A DNA stretch of 64,000 bases, taken from positions 96,001 to 160,000 of the forward strand of contig CAWFJJ010000025.1 of NCBI GenBank assembly GCA_963816185.1. Reading direction: 5' to 3'. Below are positions 55,083 to 63,728 of this stretch, one piece after another. The notes beneath the pieces are model-generated. The model was not told where the DNA came from, searched no databases, and saw only the letters and a program-made list of their open reading frames with translations. How positions within the stretch are numbered: the stretch's first letter is position 1; each line of letters starts with the position of its first letter. Origin of the DNA: Thermoanaerobaculia bacterium (GTDB taxonomy: Bacteria; Acidobacteriota; Thermoanaerobaculia; UBA5066). Position numbers and translations under genes: made by a program.

Positions 55083-56000
55083 ATGCGGATCGCGGTGCTC
55101 GGGGCAGGCGGGGTCGGGGGCTATTACGGCGGGATTCTCGCGCGCGCCGGCCACGCAGTCGCGCTGCTGGCCCGGAGCGCCCATCTGGACGCGCTGAAAG
55201 CCCGCGGTCTCGAAATCAGGACTCCGGAAGGGCGATTCACCGTCGCGGTCGAGGCCTCCGACGACCCGAGGACGTTCGGAGAGTGCGACGTCGCGATCGT
55301 GGCTGTGAAGACCTACTCGCTCCCTGAAGTCGCGCCGGCGGCGCGCCTTCTCGCTTCTACCGGCGCCGCGATCCTGCCGCTCCTGAACGGCGTTGAAGCG
55401 ATGGACCGGCTCGTCGAGAGCGGCGTGCCTGAGAGTCAGGTCCTTGGTGGCCTGACGCAGGTCAGCGTCCTCAGAGTCGCCCCGGGGATCGTCGAGCGGA
55501 AGAGTCCCTTCCAGAAGGTAACGGTCGGCGAGCGATCGGGCGAACCGTCCGAGCGAGTTCGCCGGATCGTGGAGGCGCTTCAACAGGCCGGCGCCGAGGC
55601 GCGCGTCTCCGAGGACATTCAGGCCGACCTGTGGCGGAAATTCGCGTTCATCACTTCCACGGCGGCGGCCTGCGGGCTGGCGCGCGCGCCCATCGGAGCG
55701 GTGCGCGACGCTCCTTACGGCAGGCTCCTCCTCGAGCGGGCCGTGAACGAGGTGCTGGCCGTGGCCCGCGCCCGCGGACTGCGGCTCGCCGACGACGAGG
55801 CTTCCAAGATCCTCTCCTTCATCGACTCCGTAGGTCCGGCCATCAAGCCCAGCTTCCTCGTCGATCTGGAAAGAGGCGGCCCCACGGAGCTCGACGACCT
55901 CAGCGGAGCCGTCTCACGGCTCGGGCGCGAGGCCGGCGTCGAGACGCCCGTGCACGACACGGCCACGGCGGCTCTTTCGGCTGCCGCAAAAGGCCGCTGA
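55083..56000 (+). CDS. panE: 2-dehydropantoate 2-reductase
   Basis: GAGGVGG, LLNG, WRKF, SFLVD..TE. Confidence 0.9.
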   Translation: MRIAVLGAGGVGGYYGGILARAGHAVALLARSAHLDALKARGLEIRTPEGRFTVAVEASDDPRTFGECDVAIVAVKTYSLPEVAPAARLLASTGAAILPLLNGVEAMDRLVESGVPESQVLGGLTQVSVLRVAPGIVERKSPFQKVTVGERSGEPSERVRRIVEALQQAGAEARVSEDIQADLWRKFAFITSTAAACGLARAPIGAVRDAPYGRLLLERAVNEVLAVARARGLRLADDEASKILSFIDSVGPAIKPSFLVDLERGGPTELDDLSGAVSRLGREAGVETPVHDTATAALSAAAKGR

Positions 56001-56014
56001 GCACGCCTCTCGCG

Positions 56015-56931
56015 TCACACCGCCTGGATCGGGTTTCTCAGGACGCCGATGCCTTCGATCTCCGACTCGAGCACGTCCCCGGGCTTGAGATATTCCGGCG
56101 GCTTTCGGGCGTGTCCGATGCCCGGCGGCGTGCCCGTCGCGAGGATGTCCCCGGGCTCGAGCGTCAGGCCGAGAGAGAGCTCCGCGAGGAGGCGCGGCAC
56201 CTTGAAATACATCCGGCTCGTGTTGCCGTCCTGCTTCAGGACGCCGTTGACGCGCGAGACGAGGCGCTTGGAAGACCAGTCGAAGCCGTCGCGCGTCACG
56301 ATCCAGGGCCCCATCGGCGCATGCCCGTCCAGGCTCTTGCCCTTCCACCACTGGCCGCCGTGCTTCTTCTGCTGGATGTCGCGGGCGGTCGTGTCGTTGA
56401 GGACGCAGAACCCGAAGACATGGTCCATCGCTTCTTCCTCGGAGAGGTTCTTCCCGCGCCGGCCGACGATGACCGCGAGCTCGACCTCCCAGTCGATCGC
56501 CGTCGACACGCGCGGATCGTAGGGAATCGGGTCGTACGGGCCGTTGACGGCGTTCGTCCCTTTCGTGAAGAAGACGGGATGCTCGGGAAGCGTCTGGCCC
56601 GAGTCCCTCAGCGACTTGCCTTCCTCGAAGTGCTCGGCGTAGTTCCATCCGACGCAGTGGACGTTCCGGCGTGGGACGGGAATCGGCGCCGCGAGATGTA
56701 CGTCGCTCGACGCGCGGCCCGCCGGTCCGCGGAGCCGTCGACGAGTGACTGAACCTCTGCGAGAGATTCCTCCCCGGCCGCGATCAGCGAAAGCATGTCG
56801 ACCGGATCGAACGACAAGGGGACGTTCTTCCGGCTCGCTTCCGCTCCGAGATCGATGACGTGGCCTCCGGGGGAGAGCGCGCCGACGCGGATTCCATTTC
56901 CGGGAGATGGAATGAAGCTGAAGAGTCTCAT
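56015..56931 (-). pseudogene. fumarylacetoacetate hydrolase family protein with one frameshift near 56715
   Basis: N-terminus MRLFSF...; after the frame change, CVGWNYAEH, FFTK, DWEVEL, NDTTARD, TGTPPG. Confidence 0.8.
56870..56931 (-). repeat. 62-bp direct repeat copy A (5' end of FAH gene)
   Basis: 59/62 identical to 57592-57653. Confidence 0.9.
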
Positions 56932-57278
56932 GGCATCAGCATCCCACGAACCCACCTCACGAGCGTGAAGAGGGCGCCCGCGACATACAACGCCCCGAAA
57001 ATCGTCTTGTTGTGGCGGGCCAGCAACTCGGGGAGGTAGATGTCGAAGTTGGCGCGGCGCTCGTGGGTGTAGCGCGCCGCGACGTCGGTGAGGGGGCACC
57101 GCCACGCGTTGACGAGGAGCACGAGGACCTCGAGAGCGACTAGCGCGATCAGGAAAGCGGCCCGCCCGTACTCGGAGCGGGCAGCCTCGACCGGGATCCC
57201 GAGAATGCAGGCGACGAAGAAAGCCCAGACGACGGTGTGGATCGTCTTGATCGTTCTGAGCGGCGCCGGAGCCGACAT
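56928..57278 (-). CDS. small membrane protein
   Basis: IKTIHT, WRCPLT..RY, NFDIYLP; three TMs. Confidence 0.8.
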   Translation of the reverse strand: MSAPAPLRTIKTIHTVVWAFFVACILGIPVEAARSEYGRAAFLIALVALEVLVLLVNAWRCPLTDVAARYTHERRANFDIYLPELLARHNKTIFGALYVAGALFTLVRWVRGMLMP

Positions 57279-57288
57279 GTGAGCCGAT

Positions 57289-57582
57289 CTACGGAGCTCC
57301 TTCCACGATGCGGATCTCGCGCTCGGCGGCGTCCTTCAGCACGGCGACCGCAGCCTGATAGGCCGGGCTCTCGTACGTCGCGATCGCCTGCGCGACGCTG
57401 TCGAACTCGATCACGACCGTCCGTTGATTTGTGCCGCCCTCGTACGTCCGGGCCGCGATTCCCCGTGCGAGGAACCGGCCTCCTCCCGCCTCGATGGCGG
57501 GGAGCCCGAGCTTCGCGTACTGGTCGAGACGGGCGAGATCGGAGACGGAGCGGTACGACGCGATCCAGTATCCCTTCCCCAT
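57289..57582 (-). CDS. DUF1330 family protein
   Basis: MGKGYWI..GGRFLARG..VVIEFDS..AYQAA. Confidence 0.9.
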   Translation of the reverse strand: MGKGYWIASYRSVSDLARLDQYAKLGLPAIEAGGGRFLARGIAARTYEGGTNQRTVVIEFDSVAQAIATYESPAYQAAVAVLKDAAEREIRIVEGAP

Positions 57583-57591
57583 CGGAGCCTC

Positions 57592-57653
57592 GGGGAGAGC
57601 GCGCCGACGCGGATTCCATTTCCAGGAGATGGAATAAAGCTGAAGAGTCGCAT
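57592..57653 (-). repeat. 62-bp direct repeat copy B (orphan 5' end of FAH gene)
   Basis: Encodes MRLFSFIPSPGNGIRVGALSP, then diverges. Confidence 0.9.
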
Positions 57654-57729
57654 CACGACCTATCATCTCGCAGTTGAAAAGAGAGTTGGCCCCGGTGTGA
57701 GCTCGCGCGCGGGAAGCTCTTGTGGGCTC

Positions 57730-58710
57730 CTACGCGAACATCGCGTCGCCGAGGCGTTTGAGCATCGGGACACCGCGGATCTCCGTCTCGTACAGCGGCA
57801 CGATGGCGCGGACGCTGCCGTCGAACTTCTGCCAGACGGTTTTCATGTGCTCGTCCTGCATGGCGACACGGTTCTTCACAAAGTCGGCCGCTTCGGCGCC
57901 GACGGAGGCCTTGTCGATCAGCATGTTGACGAGGACGCCGCCCACGGGGATGCCGAAATCGTGGAACCACTGGATGAAGCGGGTGATGACGGCGATCGGC
58001 AGCGCCTCGGGCAGCGTCACGAAGAAAAACGAGGTCTTCTGGGGGTCTGTGAGAAGCACGCGGCCGTGCTCCATCCGGTCGCGGAAGGAGAGGAGGTACG
58101 TCATCAGCGGGTCCTCCTCCTTCTTCTTCGTGAAGGAGAGCAGCTCGCGGAGGGTCTTCGCCTCTTCGCGGCTCTTGAGCATCTTGTTGACCCAGAGAGA
58201 GTAGACCTTGGACATACCGAGCAGGCGCCGGGCGTTGGCGGTGGGCGCGGTATCGAAGACGTAGACGTCGTACTCGTCCTTGAACATGAGGTCGATCATG
58301 TTCTCGAACATCGCCGACTCCTCGAAGGCGGGGTTCATGGTCGCCGACTCCACGAAGTCCTCGGCCTTCGTCGAGATGTCGGCGAACTTGAGGAACCATT
58401 TGATCTTCTCGCGGATCTCGACCTTCGAGCGCTCGATCGTCTCCTTCGTCTCGATCTCGTACGCCCACAGGTTCGGAGCGCCGTCGACCGGCGTGTGCTT
58501 TCCGAGCACGTTCTGGCCCAGGAGGCTCGAGAGACTGTGGACGGGGTTCGTCGAGGCCAGCATCGTCCGGCGCCCGAGCTGCGCGTTGTGGAGGGCGGTG
58601 GCGGCCGCGAAGACTGTCTTGCCGACGCCCCCCTTGCCGCCGAAGAAGATGTACTTCAGGCCGGCGTGGTCCTTGATGTAGGCGCTCATGGAGGTCTGGA
58701 TCTCAGGCAT
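57730..58710 (-). CDS. ArsA/Get3/TRC40-family ATPase, paralog 2
   Basis: GGKGGVGKT, STNPVHSL, DTAPTAN; no Cys; start 58710 (alternatives 58725, 58689). Confidence 0.92.
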   Translation of the reverse strand: MPEIQTSMSAYIKDHAGLKYIFFGGKGGVGKTVFAAATALHNAQLGRRTMLASTNPVHSLSSLLGQNVLGKHTPVDGAPNLWAYEIETKETIERSKVEIREKIKWFLKFADISTKAEDFVESATMNPAFEESAMFENMIDLMFKDEYDVYVFDTAPTANARRLLGMSKVYSLWVNKMLKSREEAKTLRELLSFTKKKEEDPLMTYLLSFRDRMEHGRVLLTDPQKTSFFFVTLPEALPIAVITRFIQWFHDFGIPVGGVLVNMLIDKASVGAEAADFVKNRVAMQDEHMKTVWQKFDGSVRAIVPLYETEIRGVPMLKRLGDAMFA

Positions 58711-58734
58711 GGCGGTTCTCTCCACGTCCCGGCT

Positions 58735-59721
58735 TCAGCCGAGCTTTCCGTTGCCGTACATGATCCCGGCGAGCTTCTCGATCATCCCGAGGCCCGTCAC
58801 GTCGCGCTCGAGCTCCGGGACGTAGGCGAGGACGTCTTTTCCGAACGTCGTCCTGATGTGTCCGAGGTACTTGTCCTGCATCTGGATCCGGTTGCGCAGA
58901 TAGTCGGGGATGTTCTGGTCGATCAGCTCGTGGGGGATGACGCGGTTGACGACGTAGCCGCCGATCGGGACGTCGAACTGGGCGAAGAGCTTCGCGGCTT
59001 TTTCCGTGTCCACGATGATCATGTCCTCCGGCGTCACGACGAAGAAGAACGCCGTCTTGTCCTTGTCCGTGAGGATCTTGGAGGACGCGTTGATCCGCCC
59101 CTTGATGTAGACGAGCTCGTTCAGGATCGCGTCCTGCTCGGTCTCCTTCTCGCGCTTGAGGCGGCTGACCATCTCCTCGTACTCGCGCATGTCCTCGCGC
59201 AGCTTCGTCACCTTGTTGATCCACTCGTCGTAGACCTTCGCCATCGAGAGGTAGTAGAGCGCGTGACCGAGCGGGACGAGATCGTAGATGTAGTAGTCGT
59301 AGTTCTCCTGGACGACGACGTCCACCACGGCGTCGAAGATCGCGCTCTCCTCCATGGCCGGCTCGGCGCTCGCGGCCTGGATGTAGCTTTCGATCTCCTC
59401 GGGCACCTTCTCGAGACCGTACATGTCCCGGATCTTCTTGCGGATCTCCTCCTGGTAGGCCTTGATGTGGCTGTCGGCGTCGATCTCCTGCGCCCACAGG
59501 TTCTCCATGATCTTCACCGGGCCCTTGCCGAAGATATCCCTCTGGAAGATGTCGGTGAGCGAGGCCTGGGGGTCGACGGAGAAGACGAGAACCTTCTTGC
59601 CCTGCTTCGCGAGCCAGTAGGCCGTCGCGGCCGAGAACGTCGTCTTTCCCAGGCCGCCCTTGCCGCCGAACATGATGTACCGGCGGCCCGGGTTCTGCTC
59701 GAACACCTCTTTCATCCCCAT
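58735..59721 (-). CDS. ArsA/Get3/TRC40-family ATPase, paralog 1
   Basis: GGKGGLGKT, SVDPQASL, DLVPLGH; no Cys. Confidence 0.92.
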   Translation of the reverse strand: MGMKEVFEQNPGRRYIMFGGKGGLGKTTFSAATAYWLAKQGKKVLVFSVDPQASLTDIFQRDIFGKGPVKIMENLWAQEIDADSHIKAYQEEIRKKIRDMYGLEKVPEEIESYIQAASAEPAMEESAIFDAVVDVVVQENYDYYIYDLVPLGHALYYLSMAKVYDEWINKVTKLREDMREYEEMVSRLKREKETEQDAILNELVYIKGRINASSKILTDKDKTAFFFVVTPEDMIIVDTEKAAKLFAQFDVPIGGYVVNRVIPHELIDQNIPDYLRNRIQMQDKYLGHIRTTFGKDVLAYVPELERDVTGLGMIEKLAGIMYGNGKLG

Positions 59722-59763
59722 GGTGCGTTCTCCTCTTTCTCGACGATCTTTTTCCCGGAGACC

Positions 59764-60051
59764 TCAGAACATCGCGTCGGAAACGTCCTTCTCCCGAAGC
59801 ATCCGGCGCTTCCACGTCGCGATCTGCGGGACGACGTGCGGAAGGAGTCGGAGGCTGTAGTACGGCGGGAGAATGGGGATCCCGAGCAGGTCTCCCATCG
59901 TGATGAGGATGAACAGGTGCTCCATGGAGGCCCGCGTCCGGAGAGCCGCGCGGCTCATGTCGTGCGCGGACATACCGTAAATGGTTTCCTTGAAACCGTG
60001 CCAGAGTCCCTTGAGGCCTCCCGGCCTGACGTATTTCTTCTTCTCGGACAC
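59764..60051 (-). CDS. small ArsA-associated hydrophobic protein, paralog B
   Basis: GAGGAG RBS; RASMEHLFILITMGDLLGIPILPPYYSLRLLP. Confidence 0.85.
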   Translation of the reverse strand: MSEKKKYVRPGGLKGLWHGFKETIYGMSAHDMSRAALRTRASMEHLFILITMGDLLGIPILPPYYSLRLLPHVVPQIATWKRRMLREKDVSDAMF

Positions 60052-60166
60052 CGTCTCCTCCTCTCGCCGCCCGGGCGCGATTCCGGGCCCGTTCCAAGGT
60101 TAGAGCCCCCGGCGCTCCGGGACGCGATGCAGATGCACTAATGAGATTTCGAGGAGATTCGGCCCG

Positions 60167-60218
60167 AAAAACGGCGAGCGCGCGCTCGAGGTGCCCGTGG
60201 CCCCCGAAGCGCGCGCTC
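60167..60218 (-). terminator. rho-independent terminator after the YXWGXW gene
   Basis: GAGCGCGCGCT...AGCGCGCGCTC stem followed by a T5 tract on the minus strand. Confidence 0.6.
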
Positions 60219-60253
60219 TGGTTTCAGCTCGACGCGGATTCCAGTGCTTCTCT

Positions 60254-60679
60254 CTACTTCTCCTTCACCTTCACCTTTTCCTTGACGATGACCTTTCTCC
60301 CGTTCTCCAACGTGATCACCTTCTGGGTGGTCCAGTGTCCGGGAACGTACTCGACACCGCGATCGACACGCGTGTACTCGGGCGCGACCCAGCGGACTTC
60401 CGCGGCCGGCGGAGCCGCCCAGCGCCCGGTGACCCAGACCCAGCCGGTGGGTCGATGGTCCCAGTAGCCTGCGATCCAGACGTAGCTCGGCGCGGGACGC
60501 GTGCTCTCGACGACCGCCTCCTCGACGGGCGGCGGCGGCTGCTCCTTGACGACCGTGACGGTCACCTCGTCAGGGATCGGCGGTGGCGGCGGCATCGGAA
60601 TCTGGGCCGTCGCGATTCCGGCGCCCAGCATGAGAGCGACACCCAGAGTCGGACCCAAGATGTTCTTACGACACATCAT
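60254..60679 (-). CDS. secreted YXWGXW-repeat protein
   Basis: Signal peptide, Pro-rich segment, YVWIAGYW / WVWVTGRW / YVPGHW repeats. Confidence 0.88.
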   Translation of the reverse strand: MMCRKNILGPTLGVALMLGAGIATAQIPMPPPPPIPDEVTVTVVKEQPPPPVEEAVVESTRPAPSYVWIAGYWDHRPTGWVWVTGRWAAPPAAEVRWVAPEYTRVDRGVEYVPGHWTTQKVITLENGRKVIVKEKVKVKEK

Positions 60680-60718
60680 GCTCTCCTTTCGGGGGTTCCG
60701 GACCCCGCGGAGGAGACC

Positions 60719-60733
60719 GCAATCACGATGCCA
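60719..60733 (-). promoter_or_regulatory. sigma54 (-24/-12) promoter
   Basis: TGGCATCGTGATTGC (GG-N10-GC) about 40 nt upstream of the YXWGXW start. Confidence 0.65.
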
Positions 60734-60808
60734 GGTGCCGTTGGCTCTTCTTCAAAAAAGGCCGATTCGCGTAAAGAATGCGCCGACCGACAACCATGAA
60801 CCGTGCCT

Positions 60809-61090
60809 TCAAACCCCGTGCAGATGCTGTTCGTGGCTGTCGCCGAACTGCCGCTCGCGCAGCGTGCGCCTCTTCCAGGTCTGAAGGCTGCCGGTGACGT
60901 ACGGGAGGAGGCGCAGGGCGTAATAGGGCGGCATCACCGGCACGCCGAGCATGTCGCCGAACGTGATGAGCATGAAGAGCGATTCCATCGACGCGCGGAT
61001 CTCGAGCGCCTGCTGCGCGTGCTCGTAGCCGAACATCCCGTAGAGGAATTCCCGGAACGCTTTTCCCCGGCCGCCGCGCGTTTCCACCAC
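60809..61090 (-). CDS. small ArsA-associated hydrophobic protein, paralog A
   Basis: GGAGGAG RBS; RASMESLFMLITFGDMLGVPVMPPYYALRLLP; paralog of 59764-60051. Confidence 0.85.
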   Translation of the reverse strand: MVETRGGRGKAFREFLYGMFGYEHAQQALEIRASMESLFMLITFGDMLGVPVMPPYYALRLLPYVTGSLQTWKRRTLRERQFGDSHEQHLHGV

Positions 61091-61197
61091 GTCTCTCCTC
61101 CGCGCCGAGTGTATACACAGGTCCAGTGAGGCTCCCTCACCTCATCACGGCCGTTAGTTATCGAACTGCAGGACCATTTCAATACAGGATTCTTGCG

Positions 61198-63645
61198 ATG
61201 CGGCTCTTAGGGTCTTCGCGTCGTGCCGGGCTTTCTGCTCTCGTCGCCGCGCTCTGCGCCGCCGCCGCGCCTGCCTTCGCGGGCGTGTGGTTCTGGCCTG
61301 TACCTGCGCCCCCGGACGCACTCGTGATCTCCAGTGCGGCGTTGTCGCTGACATCGAGCGGGCTCAATTTGAACATTCCGTACGGCCTCTTCGCGGTCCC
61401 GGGGCGCGGCATGTTTCACCTGGGATTAAGGCAATACGTGCCTGCGCCATGCGCGGACGCGCAGATAGTCGATATCCTCGACTATCAAACGCTCGCCGCC
61501 TGGACCAGCTGCGGCCTCTTGACCCTGTCTGGGCCAGCCGCCAAACCAGCGGGGCCCGGCCTGCCTGTCGGGGCGCAGGTTACGAGCATGCTGAATGGCC
61601 TCGTCGGGACCTCCAACGCGGGCGTCTACTCCTTTGGGTCGCTCGGAAGCGTTCTCACACCATCGAGCGACGGGCTCCCGGCAAACGCGCCGATCCGAAG
61701 CCTGGGTTTCGCGGCAGGGCGAACGTACGTTTCTCTTTCCGGCGGAGGTCTTTACGACAGAATTTCCGGCGGTCTGTGGAAAGACGCCTCCAACGGACTC
61801 CCGGCCGATGAGACGGTAAACGCCATCGGAGGGGCCCCGAGTACGTTCGCCGCAGTTGACGCGCACGGCATCTGGCGACGGATGGGGTACGGAAACTGGC
61901 AGCCCGATTCCGACGGCGCGAACTCTGCTGTGGTGACCTCTTTCGCAGGCTCATTCGCTGCCGCCCGAACCGCAGGAGTCCTGCGCCACGTGGACGGCGC
62001 GTGGATGCCCGAGACATCGGGACTTCCACCGGGCACGGACGCGCGCGTGATCGCCGCGGGCACAAGCGGCAGCCCGTTCTTTTTTGGCGAGAATTTGTTC
62101 TTCGGCACGGGAGGGCAGGGACTCTTCGAGGCGATCGCAACCCCGATGCAACGCGTCCTGCCCGCTCTCGTGGACACGGTCGGTGCAACCGGACAGCAGT
62201 TCCGAACGGAAATCACGATCGGGAATCTCGGTCCTTACGATTCCGTGGATCTATTGGTTTCTCGTCCCCCCGGCCTCACGACCCTACACATTCCGTTACG
62301 CACGGAGCTGAGGGCGCCCGACGCTGTTTCGTGGCTGCGCTCGACGGGACTGGATATCCCCGCGAGTGCCGCGGTGACCAGCCTGACGATCCCTCTTTTG
62401 GGTGGGTACGGAGATGTTCCATCTGGGAGATACATATTCGCCCGCATCTACACGACCGATGCGTCCGGGGGGACGTACGGCGTGATGCTCGAGGCGCCGA
62501 CGGATATCGATGCGGCGGAAGAGGAGGCGAGCGTCTACGGCCTGAGAAGCGCGGCAGGGGTCGAGCGCTCGAACCTCGCCGTATTTCACGTGTCGACCCT
62601 TCGCGGCTCCGACCCGATCACGCTTTCGGTCCAGGTGTTCGCGGCGGACGGAACCCCCGCACCGAACGTCCTCACCCGAACGCTTGCGCCCGGCGAATTC
62701 TTCCAGTGGAACGACGTGCTTCTCCTCGCGGGTCTGCCGCAGGGGTCGTCGGGCTACGCGCGGATCTCAAGGGTCGCGGGCATCGGCGCGTGGACCGGCT
62801 ACGGCGTCATCAACGACGCCGCGACTTCGGACGGCGCTGTGCTTCCGCTCTACCGGCCGGGAGGCCTCGCCGCGGCGCGGCGCCTGCTCGTGCCGGTCGT
62901 CCTCGACACGTACGGCGCGGCCGGGTCGCATTACACGACCGAGCTGACGCTCGCGAACGATTCGGCGCGGCCGTCGACGGCCTCGCTCCTCTATCACGCC
63001 GCTCCGGGCTACGGCGCTCCGCTCGCCGCGCCTGCCGTGTCGCTTCCCGTCGGCGCCGGGCGACAGGTCACACTCCCGGACGTCGTCGCGTTCCTGCGGG
63101 CGCATGGAGTGGCGATCCCGGATCCGCTGGCGGCGGGCTCTCAGGCCGGGACTCTCGAGATCGTCTTTCAAGGCCTCGACGGCGACGACGCGGCGAGAAC
63201 GGTCGCGCTCGCGCGCACGACGACGCCGAACCCGAATCGTGACACGGGAGGCCGCTTCGGCGTCTCGTATTCCGCGATCGCGTGGGGAGGCGGGGCGCGG
63301 CAGACGGCGCTGGTTCCCGCGCTGTCGCAGGACGCGGCGAGCCGCTCGAACCTCGCCGTCGTCAACGCCGGCGGCGGCTCCGAAGGCCCTATCACGCTCT
63401 CCGTCCAGCTCCGGGATGCGGACTCGGGCAGCGACGTGGGAAGCCCGCTCACCGTTTCCCTGAATCCCGGCGAGTGGTTCCAGTGGGACCGGGTGATCGA
63501 GCGCGCCGGCGCCGCGACCTCGAAGGCGATCGCGACCGTTACGCGCATTGCCGGAGACGACACGTTCTTCGCATACGGCGTCGTGAACGACGCGAAGACG
63601 TCCGACGGCAGCTTCATCCGGATGATCCGGCTCGACCCGGAGTAA
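61198..63645 (+). CDS. large secreted protein: propeller-like N-terminus plus duplicated beta-sandwich module
   Basis: Signal peptide; repeated S(D/N)GLP; twice P(A/V)(L/V)(V/L)DT.G...RSNLAV...YGV(I/V)NDA.TSDG. Confidence 0.8.
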   Translation: MRLLGSSRRAGLSALVAALCAAAAPAFAGVWFWPVPAPPDALVISSAALSLTSSGLNLNIPYGLFAVPGRGMFHLGLRQYVPAPCADAQIVDILDYQTLAAWTSCGLLTLSGPAAKPAGPGLPVGAQVTSMLNGLVGTSNAGVYSFGSLGSVLTPSSDGLPANAPIRSLGFAAGRTYVSLSGGGLYDRISGGLWKDASNGLPADETVNAIGGAPSTFAAVDAHGIWRRMGYGNWQPDSDGANSAVVTSFAGSFAAARTAGVLRHVDGAWMPETSGLPPGTDARVIAAGTSGSPFFFGENLFFGTGGQGLFEAIATPMQRVLPALVDTVGATGQQFRTEITIGNLGPYDSVDLLVSRPPGLTTLHIPLRTELRAPDAVSWLRSTGLDIPASAAVTSLTIPLLGGYGDVPSGRYIFARIYTTDASGGTYGVMLEAPTDIDAAEEEASVYGLRSAAGVERSNLAVFHVSTLRGSDPITLSVQVFAADGTPAPNVLTRTLAPGEFFQWNDVLLLAGLPQGSSGYARISRVAGIGAWTGYGVINDAATSDGAVLPLYRPGGLAAARRLLVPVVLDTYGAAGSHYTTELTLANDSARPSTASLLYHAAPGYGAPLAAPAVSLPVGAGRQVTLPDVVAFLRAHGVAIPDPLAAGSQAGTLEIVFQGLDGDDAARTVALARTTTPNPNRDTGGRFGVSYSAIAWGGGARQTALVPALSQDAASRSNLAVVNAGGGSEGPITLSVQLRDADSGSDVGSPLTVSLNPGEWFQWDRVIERAGAATSKAIATVTRIAGDDTFFAYGVVNDAKTSDGSFIRMIRLDPE

Positions 63646-63728
63646 GCCGCCGGCACGTTCGAGACGCTCTGCTATCGTCTCCGCCCGGCGAGGCGATCGC
63701 CGGGAGGTCCCACCTGTCCACTCCGCTC

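Noticed and set aside
56870-57653. Integron cassette or prophage att sites
   Set aside because: No integrase, attC-like palindrome or phage genes; the repeat is coding sequence
57730-59721. Arsenic-resistance operon
   Set aside because: No pump, reductase, ArsD or ArsR nearby, and no Cys ligands in either ATPase
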